From a virus (lineage: Duplodnaviria > Caudoviricetes): 50,335 nucleotides of DNA. Location of the stretch: positions 1 to 50,335 of IMG/VR virus record IMGVR_UViG_3300030330_004809; one strand, 5' to 3'. Below, piece after piece: positions 10,089 to 21,021 of this stretch; the first letter of the stretch is position 1; each line of letters begins with the position of its first letter. The notes under the pieces were generated by a model. That model worked only from the letters and a program-made list of their open reading frames with translations, had not been told where the DNA came from and did not search any database. Made by a program: the position numbers and the translations under genes.

Positions 10089-13000
10089 TGATCAAAGTCT
10101 CCTCGAATTTCAACTTCTGCATCTATCTTTACCATCTCAACTATAGAGAAAAAGTCATACGGCCAGTTGTAACTATAATCCAATTCTTTTGTTCTACCAG
10201 CAACTTCAAATTCAAACTTGAATCTCTTATCATCTAAACTATCGCCATGCTTTGATGCAACCTTTGAGAAATAGTTTTTAATTGCCTTCTGCTTAACTTT
10301 AAAGACCATCCACTGAACTTTTGTCGGCAAGCCATCAGCCCCCAACAACTCTTGCTCTAAGAATTTATGATTGATTGAAGCCTGCTTTTCTTGTACCTGA
10401 TTTATTGACTTGGGAGGGAGGTTTTGCCATATGTGGGTAAGGTCATCTCTATCAAAATTGTGCTCAAATTCAAAAACGTACATGGCGAACGGCTTTATGT
10501 GCTTAGATGTAATAAAATCCATCCTAGGTGGTAAAACATAGTTTCGTAGTTTATTGACCATAACCTGAATTGAATTATTTTCATTTAGCTCATTGTCCAT
10601 CGCCATAGCAAATGAATGTTCTGGAATACTGAAGAACTGCTTCTTTGAGCCAATGTCAATAAAAGGAACTGCTATGACCGCTTCTTTGACAGTTTTGTTG
10701 GCAGCAACTTCGCCAAGTCTACGAGGCGTTTGGTCAAAGCCCATTAAATCAACAAGGGATCTAACGTTTCCGTTGTTATAGAATGTGTCACTTACGCCTG
10801 GATGGGCGTCTAGCCAGTCCTGAGGTATGTCTGTGACTTGCAAGAAAATACCTTGCTCTGGGCTTTGAGGCGGCAGACCGAACTGATGCCACATACCTCT
10901 TGGCACTGATTCGGAGGCATAAGTGGGGATAGTCAAGTTGTTTTCTAAGTCAACTAGCGAATCTCCAAAGTTAAACATAGGGGTCTCCCATTTAGGCTGA
11001 ATAACATGTGCTATATGGTTTGCCTCTGGGTCATCACTTACAGCAAGGGCTTTCCCTGTAACCGGGTCATAGGTCACAGATTTTATTCTTGCCCTACCAT
11101 CAGTTATAATAGTGTCTTGTAAATTTAGTATATTATTCCTTAAACTTGTGGGATTGGATGCCGCATCGTCTGCATAATACCCGCCATTGTTGCCTGGGTT
11201 GAGCGTGTTACCTACACGGTCAAATCTTATTTCCAGGGTGCCGTCTATCCCGCCCAGTATCTCAGCTAATGTGTATTTCTTTGTTTCAGTAGCAGTGAAC
11301 TGAACGTCGAGCCAAGCTTCGCCATGATAGTAGGGAGGTGTTGCAACCCAGTTGTATCCACTGTAGCTGTCCAACATCTGTTGCTCATAAGTTCCATCGT
11401 GATCCGTGGCGGCTGTGATAGCATTACGGCCTGTCACGGCATGGAAGAATGCAGATGGCCTGCTGTACATTGTAAATGTTTCGCGAAGATCAGTTTGCAG
11501 TGGGTTATCTTGAGGTAATTCTAAGCCTACTACATCTGCTGACGAAGAGCGTGCCATGTTCATACTGCGATACATCTTCACACGCATATTATAAACAGAG
11601 CCACTGATCGCGTTTCCGAACCTTGGATCACTTTCTGGTAGCGAAGTAATTGTAGTCATATTCCCTTGAGGCAGGAAGAATTCTGGTACCTCTCCAAAGA
11701 AATTATGTGCCATCATACTGTACAGAGGATCGCCGCGACCATTCCACGATGCGGTTATATTTAACGACGCGCTAGGATGTGGGGCCATGTCTACCAAAGG
11801 CACCTCAGTAAGATATTTTTCTGGCTCAACGGCAGCCTCAAAGTCAATCATTCTAAACTTACTGCCATTAGCACTAGAACTAATTGCATAGTAAGAGCCA
11901 AGCTCTTGCACCTCATAACTTGCTGTCAACACAGGATATGGAACCCCGATACCAGACTTAATAGAATTGTAAACGACGCCAGGAGCGAACATTGTCTCCA
12001 GAAATGGTCGCATCTTAGCATTTTCAAGTGTCGAGTCGGTTCCCGTATACTCTACAAATTTGGCGTATGAAGATGAGAACTGGGTTGCCATCTGCAACGT
12101 TCTCTCAGCAGGATAAAATCCGTTGTATGGCAAGAATTTCATTAGTGCTTTACAAGTAAGAGTTATCGAATGGTCTGTCGCGATCTCAGAGTGCTGCTTT
12201 TTAACAACATCAAAATATTTTAAGAAGTCGCTGTTTGAATAGACATTGTAGAACTGCTCCTGTGAACTGTCTGTCGGGAAATCAGACGACACGGTAGCAC
12301 CAAAAATATCAAAAGAAGCAGTATTTTCGACATGAAAATCGCCACTATTTGTTGATATATAATAAGCCATGTGATCGCTGATACGGAACTCTGGAACTAC
12401 CGAATAATCTTTATTTCTAACTCTTAGCTCCTCTGCATAGTCGCTATAGGAATCGTATGCAGGTACTTGCCTGTTTGCCGAGCTTGTGACGAATACGCCG
12501 TTTTCCATACGGCCAGCCATTTCCCCAGTTTGCCACTTGGCATTGCCGCCCCCAACATTAACAAAGCCAAATATCTCTGTGCCTGTCCCTGCGGCTGAAC
12601 CTGCATTTGTTATAGATATACCGGAGCGTGCGGTTAGAGAGGCTGTTGTGGCAACCCAATGCTTGAGAGCATAAAGTGCCGAAGCGGTTATCGCTGTCTT
12701 TGTTCCGAAGTGCCCTTGGGTAGAATAGTTCTGAAGTTCTCCCGTGGGGGTGGATGTAACATTTTCAGCCTTTAAATTGTCCTCAGCAGTCGGTGTATCC
12801 TCCCTAGAGTCCATAGCCCATATGCTATATCTACTTAGGCCTCCAAAACTAATTTTATTTGCTTTGTTGGTAGTTCTAGTTGTTCTGTCAGAATGCCAGT
12901 AATTAATTGTATAGCCTTCTCTTTGGCGGATTCTATTGTCGTATGCGTTCTTTTCGGCAGGATAGATTGTCTCTGCATATCTTAAACCAACAAACTGACC

Positions 13001-16000
13001 GTCGTATAGACCCACTGCCTTATCGTACATTTGTGAATCGGGAGTCCCTGCGTATCTTTCGTTAAGATCAAGATTCGAGAAGTATGAAATATTATTAGCA
13101 TATGTTGATGATAATGATAGTCCTTTGAAACGCTGGACAATTGGTCTGTACTTTGAGATGATCGGAGACTCGCGGTATTGCGTGAAATTGCCGTATCTTT
13201 GTTTTGGCAATACATTACCATCAGATGAGTACGTTTGCTTGTCCTCGTCCTCTACAGAAATAATATGACTTTCTCTAAGTGCCTGTGCAACAGGGTGATC
13301 ATATCCTCTTATTTGCTTCCATGTGCCGTAGCCATAGACATAGCCACGGTTGTAAAAAATAGCTGGCGAGACTCCGCCTAGAACACCATCACCGCCAGCG
13401 TCAGGCAAGAATCCTATGGACTGGTCTGCATCGACATCTACCTTAACATATGGACTGTCTATTTGTCCAGCAGCCGTCCCCAAAGGGAAGCCTAAAATTT
13501 GTGCTGATGCAGATACCGGATCTCGTATTATAAGACTTAGTCTTGAAGGCGAATCAACCAATCCTGTTGTAGCGCTTGCTGAATATTCGCTTTGTGCATT
13601 AAACGTAATTGCGTTTACATAACCGGCAGAAGTAGAGACCTCAAAATCTCTTGGCGCATAGCCAAGCATAGTTCTGCCGCTAGCACGAGTACCGCCGATA
13701 GGAGTTGACTCATACGATGAAGTAAGCCAAGCGTACTGCAAGTCGCTCTGCGGGATGGGGCGGGTTATGAAAACATTATCATTAACGGACGCAGTGGCGA
13801 CAGTCCCTAGATCACCTGTAAATGCGTTATTGTATTTTATCTGGTTGAGGGTGTTTCTATTTACCTTATGGAAGTTGGCAACTCCGGAGTAATCTGTTGA
13901 CGCTACCGTAACACCTGGTTTAAATCCAAACTGCGAAGTTGAGGCTGACAGTAAAGTTCTAAGTGGTGCCCTGACTAGCAGATTCCTAAACGGTAGTACA
14001 TTATATACACTGAACTGCGATGTTGCAACATCCAAGCTACCGTGAGAGGTGTCTGGCCCACCAGGTGACGAGAATCTTGTTATCATCATATGATTAGAGC
14101 CTGAGGGGTGTAGTATTTCTCTATCTGCGATGCCATCAACATGAGTAGATGTTATGTTTGTAACTGCAACGCCTTCATTGGCAACAAACTGGCTGTCTCC
14201 ACCAACCTTGCCAGCAACCTGCACCACCTCTCTGATATTTGTATAGTTTCCTAATGTCTCACTACCGGTGGTTATCTGTAGGTTTTCGATGTTAACCGGT
14301 CTTTTAACTTTTACGTTTCTCGTGAAGACAGAGTATGGTCTTGTTGCACGAGGCCACTCACCGTCGTTCATACTCTGAAATCTAATACCTGTTGCAGTTT
14401 GTTCAGCATAAAAACTCTCTGCCCTAGTTGAAGCGTCGTCAGTACCGTCTGAAACACTTTGGTGTCTTGATAGGAAACCCCCCACGAATTTTTCAGTGAA
14501 TGGGGTCTGCATCGGGATTTCCCCGCCTAAGTGATAAGACTCAAATGAATGTATATTAACAGCTTGGAAATCTGTAAAGGCGGTGTTGTAGCCAGTATCT
14601 AGACCACCACTTAAATATCTGACAGGGTGATAATTTTGTGCCTTCACACCACTAAACGGAACAGAAACAGAGCCCTCAGAGTAAGTAAAATATTTCTTGT
14701 GCATGGGGTGAATAACATCGTTTATGTCCCTGATAGAATCATTGTCTCTGATCAGAGTAGAAACAGCATCCCCGTATCTTTTTGTGTACGAGTCCATGAA
14801 AGCACCAGGCCTGGTCATTGGCGGCAGGTTAACACCACCATGAATAACTCTGCGACCTGTGCCAAACCTTGATGCTTTGTCCTGCACAACCGATTCAGCT
14901 GTTATTTTGTAAGGTGTAGTAAACCTTCTGTTTCTAGCGTTTCTCTTGGAATTTATTATAGCTGCTCTTGTAGCATTTACCCCAGCATCGCTTGAAGACA
15001 GAGCAGGGTGAGTGGCGCTAGCATACTCCCAGTACAGGGTCTGCTGGTTTAGTTTACTGTCACCACCAGTAAAGTCGGTCTTCGTTGTATTAGCTATATC
15101 CTCTGTTATTGAAGTGTTGCCTTGTGCCCCCTCTATAGCCTGTGTGAGAGTAATAGATTGATTATCATTGGCCTCCGTTGGAACAGCGGACACTAAAATT
15201 TTTCCAGCATGCCCGTTTGCATGTTCTATTGCTGCCTTGAGTGCAACCAAAAATCCATTTTGGGTTATTTTGGATCCACCCGTCAGCGCAGCACCGATTG
15301 CTATTCCACCGTCCTCATCTGCCCCTGCGGTCCCTGCGCCTGTGTCTGTATTTTCTGAATCGCTTAGGACCGTACCAGTCGCCACACCACCATTAGTTGT
15401 GTCCGTAAGCACGTATCTTTTGGTTGTACCATCGGTGGATGTTAGCGTAATGTGTTGTTTTTCAGTCATACCATTAGGCGCATCTCCATCGGCAACGGTA
15501 ACAGTGGCTGTAGCTTTGACTAAAATTGGAGATTGGGTGAATCGATAATTTGGCAGTTCTTCTGGTACAAACCTGCTGCCGCCCTCAAGTCCTGCTTCGA
15601 GAACAAATGCTGCGTTACCACCTAGTTTGCCTGCCTTTAGTTCTATTGTAGGAAGTTTGTGTTCGTATTTATTTCTTTCTAGAACGTGACTTTCTACCAT
15701 AGTACGAACATCTTCAGATGTATTTGCAGATGCGGGGATAAGCTGTCTAAGGATTATTGAGAGAGATGAATCGATCCATCTGTAGAAATCAATATACTTG
15801 TCGAGGTCGGGAACGTTCTCTACATTCTCAAAGAATAAGTTTCTTAACTTAGCTAAATCTTTATATTCTGCTCTGTATTTGTTAACTGGCTCTCCAATTA
15901 AATTATTAAAACCAACAATCGTAGAGAACATGTTAAGCATTTCTTCAGAGATTGTCTGATACATGCTCTTTTCGATAGCGAAAAAGTGGTTAATAGTTCT

Positions 16001-19000
16001 GCTGTCTCTGTCGAATGTTTCGTCATCAAAGCTCATGATGTTGGTCATATCATCGCTTGTGACAACCTCGGGCGGCTGCTGCTTGGCAGCCTGTATGTAT
16101 TCATGAGACACTACATCAGTTGAGCTAACAGGGAAATGAAAGCCGCGCCCAGTGTGTTGGTTACCTAAGGCATCTCCTAGGACAGTCGTTGGGTATCTTG
16201 TTCTCTTACCTATTGAGCCAGACGTAAAATCATTTACCAAAAACTCTCCGGATGCATCTGAAGTAGTAACATCTCCAAAATCCCAGTGCAGCGACAAGGT
16301 TTCAATTTTGGGTATGTAGTGCCCTTGTGTCGCTTCATCATATACATAAGTGCTTTCATACGGCCTTAATACACCATACGAGTCAGTGTTTTTGGCGTGA
16401 GCCTGAACTTCTTCGTTGGTTAGTAAGGATTCCCAGTGACGAATGGATGAAATTTTTACATCTGACTTGGTTACAACGGAGCCAGTAATGTTAGTTCTTT
16501 GAGCGCCCGCATAATATCTTCTTGGGCTAGTGTAATAATGGTGAGCGCTAGTAACAGCCAGTGTAGTGCTAAGGGTGAATTCATTTTTCACCACGCCTAG
16601 TTCTACATTGCAACCATAAAGCTCTATATCTACGTGAGTTGTTGTTGCCGAACCACTAACATAGTCAGCTTGCGACCCACTTGCAGGGGAAGTTTTGATA
16701 GCAAAATTCCATTTGGTATCATCATACACATCCTTGTATGTGTCGCTTGTTAGCCTAACCGTTCCCTCTGGGTTCTCCAGGGCGAAATAAGCATCTTTAG
16801 AATCTTCCGAAGGTTTTACAGCGTAAAGGCGCAAACTCTTTCTAGCCGATGTTGTGCCAAGTTCGTCAAAATCTTGAATACTAACGCTAGTGTTCACCTT
16901 CTCCCAGCCAAATATGGAAGAACTTAGAAAGTTGGTTGCAAAGTAATTTTCATCCGACTTTTCAAACTTTTTGGGGAACAAGACCTCTGCTTCAACTGTC
17001 CTAGATCTTCCGACGTTAGTGTTCGAGCCTGAAACGTAAGTTACATCTAAGGTGTTAGCATTTGAGCTGGCTGTTTGATGGGTAACAACCGCCTCAAACC
17101 TGGTTGGGTGGTTAAAGTCTACGTATCTTTTCTTTACAACGCCCGTTCTAAAATTATCTCTGAGCTTGTGGGTTACGTTGTTACCGTATAGGTTAACCTT
17201 GATAAGCTCATCATCTACACCGTAACATCGAATAACATTTCTAAAAGACTTCTCTGTTCCCTTTGACTTATAGATATAGACAAGATTGTTATAGATGTTT
17301 TGATAAATAAGGTTCTTAACTTCTGACAGGTCCTTATCATAAAACTCGGTCTCACTTTGGCCTTTTATTTGTTCAAGAACAGAGGCATCTACAAACGCCT
17401 CTGGCGCAAACATGCCAGAAGACTCTAGTAGCCTGCCAGAGAATGGATATGGTTTTGCGCTAGAACTTAAATATTCAATATCCTTAAGTCTTGGCATCTC
17501 AGCGATCTGTGTATGTAATTCATCAAAATAACTTGCTACAATCTGTGTTAGGTTTAATATCTCACCACTATTGTCGTCATCATCCTCTATGATCCATGTT
17601 GGTAAGGTGTAATATATTGAGGAGTTATTTTGATAATCGTAAGCCGACCCGCTGAGAACAAGCTCAGCCCTTTTGGCGGACACTGAAGGGTGGCTTGCAT
17701 AAATAATCGGATCCTCTATCTCAAAAGGTGCTGCGCTCGCTGAGACAATTGCAGACCCAGTGCTTCTAGCGCCTGAGCCTGGGTAGTTAAACCAAGTTCC
17801 GTTTGTTATTCTCCCAGAATAATCTAGAACCGTAGAATCAGTTGTTGTATCACCAGTAATGCCTTCATTAAACTTAAAATAGACGCCTAGTTCTGTGTTG
17901 GATATATCTGTATTTGTGCCGCCGTCAACATGTCTAAAGTAGTTCTTTGCTACCTCTTCGTGTGTTCTGTCGACCTTCCAGTACCTAAATTCATCTAGGG
18001 AAGCTGATAGTTTGGCCGCACCAGCTAGATCAACTCCATGATAAGCATTGCCGGAAGGGGCAGTCGTCAGAGCACCTATTCTAGACCTTAACGCACCAGT
18101 TACTTCCAGAATATTTAGTGACAAAGGGCCTAATGTCTGCTTTCTTACACCATTAACATATGCGTCAATTGTAGACTGCCCAGCATTGTTCTTGAACGTA
18201 AAAGCATAGTGTCTCCAAGTTCCATCAGATACTTGTGCCTTGGTTAGCCCGAGATCAAAGTTTACATCATGAAATCCAGTAGTACCAGACATCAAGTTGA
18301 ATCTAAATGGCGCAGTATTAGGTGAAGTAGCACCAGTCAGATAAAGTGTTAACCTACCATAAGACGGGTTTTCACTACCTGTTGTTTCCCCGTTCCATAA
18401 ATCAAAAATAACTTCTTTCTCAGTTAACGAGTCAACAAACTCATCCTTTTTTAACCAAAACTCAATAGTTTGTCCTTTAGTCCAATCAAATTTAAGATTC
18501 GACTCTCTTGTGCCCTGCTTTCCTAGAGATAGAACCCCCTCTGTATCGTAGATATCTGTGTCGTAAATATTTGATGCAGAAAACTCAGAATGTACTGTTT
18601 TGCCTATCATCCCATTTGAAGAAGTGTTAGGGCCTCCGTAAAATTCAATGTATTCTAAATCGCCAGAGACGCCCCAACCCTCTGTCTCGCTAGATTGCGT
18701 CCCCCAGCCATCAGATGATAGTATCACATAGCCTGTTGTGGTTGGGTATTCGTGGTCGTAGATGTATAGGTCTAAATAAGATGAGCTATTGTGGAACTCT
18801 TGCTTCTCAGCAGAAGACCCGTCATAAGGATATTCATTGGTAATTCTATCAAATGATGTTTCATAATACTTTTTAGCAGAACCATAGCGAACAAAGTTTG
18901 ATGCGCTTGCAAAATCTACATTTGGCACAAACCTATTTTTGTCAGATACTTGAGCACGTATATTTCGGTATGACTCAGCATCTTGGCCAAGAGTGTCAGG

Positions 19001-19060
19001 GTCAACCGAAGAAAGTACTTTGTACGACTTGCCCTTATCAAAAAGATTCTTACTACTCAT
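10085..19060 (-). CDS. Giant baseplate wedge protein (T4 gp7/P2 gpI-like core) with LamG/concanavalin A-like domains
   Basis: 2991 aa. YIYKSKGTEKSFRNVIR carries the KGT wedge motif. LamG signatures TIEFWLK..WRHYAFT..YVNG..LDEFRYW, with a second degenerate copy (WNFAIK..ISSIRHW). Lies downstream of gp25 and gp6. Confidence 0.7.
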   Translation of the reverse strand: MSSKNLFDKGKSYKVLSSVDPDTLGQDAESYRNIRAQVSDKNRFVPNVDFASASNFVRYGSAKKYYETSFDRITNEYPYDGSSAEKQEFHNSSSYLDLYIYDHEYPTTTGYVILSSDGWGTQSSETEGWGVSGDLEYIEFYGGPNTSSNGMIGKTVHSEFSASNIYDTDIYDTEGVLSLGKQGTRESNLKFDWTKGQTIEFWLKKDEFVDSLTEKEVIFDLWNGETTGSENPSYGRLTLYLTGATSPNTAPFRFNLMSGTTGFHDVNFDLGLTKAQVSDGTWRHYAFTFKNNAGQSTIDAYVNGVRKQTLGPLSLNILEVTGALRSRIGALTTAPSGNAYHGVDLAGAAKLSASLDEFRYWKVDRTHEEVAKNYFRHVDGGTNTDISNTELGVYFKFNEGITGDTTTDSTVLDYSGRITNGTWFNYPGSGARSTGSAIVSASAAPFEIEDPIIYASHPSVSAKRAELVLSGSAYDYQNNSSIYYTLPTWIIEDDDDNSGEILNLTQIVASYFDELHTQIAEMPRLKDIEYLSSSAKPYPFSGRLLESSGMFAPEAFVDASVLEQIKGQSETEFYDKDLSEVKNLIYQNIYNNLVYIYKSKGTEKSFRNVIRCYGVDDELIKVNLYGNNVTHKLRDNFRTGVVKKRYVDFNHPTRFEAVVTHQTASSNANTLDVTYVSGSNTNVGRSRTVEAEVLFPKKFEKSDENYFATNFLSSSIFGWEKVNTSVSIQDFDELGTTSARKSLRLYAVKPSEDSKDAYFALENPEGTVRLTSDTYKDVYDDTKWNFAIKTSPASGSQADYVSGSATTTHVDIELYGCNVELGVVKNEFTLSTTLAVTSAHHYYTSPRRYYAGAQRTNITGSVVTKSDVKISSIRHWESLLTNEEVQAHAKNTDSYGVLRPYESTYVYDEATQGHYIPKIETLSLHWDFGDVTTSDASGEFLVNDFTSGSIGKRTRYPTTVLGDALGNQHTGRGFHFPVSSTDVVSHEYIQAAKQQPPEVVTSDDMTNIMSFDDETFDRDSRTINHFFAIEKSMYQTISEEMLNMFSTIVGFNNLIGEPVNKYRAEYKDLAKLRNLFFENVENVPDLDKYIDFYRWIDSSLSIILRQLIPASANTSEDVRTMVESHVLERNKYEHKLPTIELKAGKLGGNAAFVLEAGLEGGSRFVPEELPNYRFTQSPILVKATATVTVADGDAPNGMTEKQHITLTSTDGTTKRYVLTDTTNGGVATGTVLSDSENTDTGAGTAGADEDGGIAIGAALTGGSKITQNGFLVALKAAIEHANGHAGKILVSAVPTEANDNQSITLTQAIEGAQGNTSITEDIANTTKTDFTGGDSKLNQQTLYWEYASATHPALSSSDAGVNATRAAIINSKRNARNRRFTTPYKITAESVVQDKASRFGTGRRVIHGGVNLPPMTRPGAFMDSYTKRYGDAVSTLIRDNDSIRDINDVIHPMHKKYFTYSEGSVSVPFSGVKAQNYHPVRYLSGGLDTGYNTAFTDFQAVNIHSFESYHLGGEIPMQTPFTEKFVGGFLSRHQSVSDGTDDASTRAESFYAEQTATGIRFQSMNDGEWPRATRPYSVFTRNVKVKRPVNIENLQITTGSETLGNYTNIREVVQVAGKVGGDSQFVANEGVAVTNITSTHVDGIADREILHPSGSNHMMITRFSSPGGPDTSHGSLDVATSQFSVYNVLPFRNLLVRAPLRTLLSASTSQFGFKPGVTVASTDYSGVANFHKVNRNTLNQIKYNNAFTGDLGTVATASVNDNVFITRPIPQSDLQYAWLTSSYESTPIGGTRASGRTMLGYAPRDFEVSTSAGYVNAITFNAQSEYSASATTGLVDSPSRLSLIIRDPVSASAQILGFPLGTAAGQIDSPYVKVDVDADQSIGFLPDAGGDGVLGGVSPAIFYNRGYVYGYGTWKQIRGYDHPVAQALRESHIISVEDEDKQTYSSDGNVLPKQRYGNFTQYRESPIISKYRPIVQRFKGLSLSSTYANNISYFSNLDLNERYAGTPDSQMYDKAVGLYDGQFVGLRYAETIYPAEKNAYDNRIRQREGYTINYWHSDRTTRTTNKANKISFGGLSRYSIWAMDSREDTPTAEDNLKAENVTSTPTGELQNYSTQGHFGTKTAITASALYALKHWVATTASLTARSGISITNAGSAAGTGTEIFGFVNVGGGNAKWQTGEMAGRMENGVFVTSSANRQVPAYDSYSDYAEELRVRNKDYSVVPEFRISDHMAYYISTNSGDFHVENTASFDIFGATVSSDFPTDSSQEQFYNVYSNSDFLKYFDVVKKQHSEIATDHSITLTCKALMKFLPYNGFYPAERTLQMATQFSSSYAKFVEYTGTDSTLENAKMRPFLETMFAPGVVYNSIKSGIGVPYPVLTASYEVQELGSYYAISSSANGSKFRMIDFEAAVEPEKYLTEVPLVDMAPHPSASLNITASWNGRGDPLYSMMAHNFFGEVPEFFLPQGNMTTITSLPESDPRFGNAISGSVYNMRVKMYRSMNMARSSSADVVGLELPQDNPLQTDLRETFTMYSRPSAFFHAVTGRNAITAATDHDGTYEQQMLDSYSGYNWVATPPYYHGEAWLDVQFTATETKKYTLAEILGGIDGTLEIRFDRVGNTLNPGNNGGYYADDAASNPTSLRNNILNLQDTIITDGRARIKSVTYDPVTGKALAVSDDPEANHIAHVIQPKWETPMFNFGDSLVDLENNLTIPTYASESVPRGMWHQFGLPPQSPEQGIFLQVTDIPQDWLDAHPGVSDTFYNNGNVRSLVDLMGFDQTPRRLGEVAANKTVKEAVIAVPFIDIGSKKQFFSIPEHSFAMAMDNELNENNSIQVMVNKLRNYVLPPRMDFITSKHIKPFAMYVFEFEHNFDRDDLTHIWQNLPPKSINQVQEKQASINHKFLEQELLGADGLPTKVQWMVFKVKQKAIKNYFSKVASKHGDSLDDKRFKFEFEVAGRTKELDYSYNWPYDFFSIVEMVKIDAEVEIRGDFDQ

Positions 19061-21021
19061 TTTTCAACCCTGAACTTAAATACCTCTGGCTGTTCAACCC
19101 AGTCGCCTATGGAATTATTATAATAAGTAAATTTAATGCCGTACATGTAATCCTCTTGTAGCATTGACATATCAAGATCAAAGTAATTTCCAGATACATC
19201 GTAACTCATTGCTGTATGGAGATCGCTTCCAGTACCATACGGAACAACATCAAGCTCGTCTATCACTCTAAATACTTTGTAAGAGCCACTCTCTATCTCT
19301 GTGCTCTCGGCTGCCCTTGAGGCTACGTTATACACCGTAGGACACCAATCCTTCTCTCGAACAAACACTCTAAATCTGGCTGTTTCAGAGGTTGAGTACA
19401 CTGGCTTTAAGTTTGTTATATTAGTTACGTATTTATCAGACGGGGCTGTTTCGTAAGAATCAACTGTGGCTGGCGTAATGGAGCCAGTGTGGAACTGAAC
19501 TGTGGCCTGCGAGGCATCGGCTATTGAGTCCCCACCTTGGAACCATACATCGTACACGGTCTCTAGGGGTGTTGCAGCAGCGGTCAAGGCCACGCTGGCG
19601 GTGTAGATGCCTGTAGAATAGTGAGAGCCCGTCACGACCCTTCTGCGTTCATTCGCCGTGACATGTGTGCCGTCCACTACAAGCTCAAGCGCACTGCCTG
19701 ACGGTGCCGAATCATCCGATGAGCCAGAGAAGAAGCTTACATAAATATTTCCTGTGCCAATGCCGGGAATGTCTCTTAGCTGCCCTCTGAAATAATTGTA
19801 GAGGTAAATCTTATTTAGATTTTCGTCTGCCGTTGCAAGAGAGCTAGAATAAATGAAGTTGCCTCTGTTGTCTAGGTCTCTAGAATCCCAACGTGCCTCA
19901 AGGACAGGACGCTTAAAAAAGAATTCCGAGCCACGAGCAAAAAACTTTTTAGTATAAAAAGATCTAGACTCCGATTCATGACTAGAGGAAAGCATAACGC
20001 CAACACCGTAGTTATTTTTGGAGCCTAAAACATTTCCTCCGCTGTTTAACCACTGTTCCACAAGCGTGGTTATGTCAATCTCCAAATCTTCTGTTCCCTC
20101 ATCGAATGTTTGTGTAAACGATGATGACAGATCTGTGTCTGGATTGGCGTAATCGCCGCCTTCTGTAGCCCATGCGCCTCGTCCACCGGTAAAGTTGGTG
20201 TTACTAAACCACGGACCAGCCCCACCACCATCAACACATGTAACAGTTGTATTCCCGCCTAATCCTGCTGTTGCTTGGGTTATAGTCACTACGGCACCGT
20301 CAGACGTGGCCGAGAAGAGAGAGTGGTGATTTATAGCTGTTGCAATCAAGGCTGCCTGGGCCGTGGTACTGGCACCGTTGTGTAAGGCGAATAGCACGGC
20401 ATCGTCCGCAGATGTCGAACCAGCCGTCGATACTGCTGTAACTGTTGAAGACGTGGGAGAGTCAGAGTCGTTTAATGCCAATATGACCCTCGATCCATTG
20501 GTTGCATCCAAAATAATTACATCATCATTCTCAATAAATCCCTCGTTAAGGACAGTTATTGTTGCGGTTGCTGCTGCACTAGTGCTAGACGCATTGGCCC
20601 AACTAGACCCTGTTCCGCCTACTGTAGAGTCTGTATAACCCTCCATATCTAACCCATAGCCCTCTTCCCACTCTTGGGTAGCGACAGACCCTGTAATTGC
20701 TTTGACTTCCATAGTATAATTCTTGGGCAGAGTCTGGCCATGCTTAGCGTTGAACATCTTCAGGTAAAATGATACACTTCCGCTTGCTGGGATATCACCA
20801 GCAGTCCTGTCCGCCGCCACATCTGTGGTGTCAAATTCAATCAAAACCCTAGCTAATTCAGAGGTTAGCCCCGAAGAAGAGGAAGCCTGCCCGTAGATTG
20901 AAAAAACTTCTAGCACATCTGATTGGCCCATATTAGAGCCAGTGCCCCTGGTTGTCAAGTTAGATTTAAAAGCATTTGTAATTGTGTTGTCTTTTGAAGC
21001 AAAGTATCTTTTTATAGCCAT
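19057..21021 (-). CDS. Baseplate-associated structural protein (DNRLRE-like beta-sandwich with an inserted module)
   Basis: 654 aa. KDNTI..ARVLIEFD..W.EG..DITTLVEQW..NYG..F.......P.LE pattern. Sits between the gp6-like and gp7-like genes. Confidence 0.55.
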   Translation of the reverse strand: MAIKRYFASKDNTITNAFKSNLTTRGTGSNMGQSDVLEVFSIYGQASSSSGLTSELARVLIEFDTTDVAADRTAGDIPASGSVSFYLKMFNAKHGQTLPKNYTMEVKAITGSVATQEWEEGYGLDMEGYTDSTVGGTGSSWANASSTSAAATATITVLNEGFIENDDVIILDATNGSRVILALNDSDSPTSSTVTAVSTAGSTSADDAVLFALHNGASTTAQAALIATAINHHSLFSATSDGAVVTITQATAGLGGNTTVTCVDGGGAGPWFSNTNFTGGRGAWATEGGDYANPDTDLSSSFTQTFDEGTEDLEIDITTLVEQWLNSGGNVLGSKNNYGVGVMLSSSHESESRSFYTKKFFARGSEFFFKRPVLEARWDSRDLDNRGNFIYSSSLATADENLNKIYLYNYFRGQLRDIPGIGTGNIYVSFFSGSSDDSAPSGSALELVVDGTHVTANERRRVVTGSHYSTGIYTASVALTAAATPLETVYDVWFQGGDSIADASQATVQFHTGSITPATVDSYETAPSDKYVTNITNLKPVYSTSETARFRVFVREKDWCPTVYNVASRAAESTEIESGSYKVFRVIDELDVVPYGTGSDLHTAMSYDVSGNYFDLDMSMLQEDYMYGIKFTYYNNSIGDWVEQPEVFKFRVEK

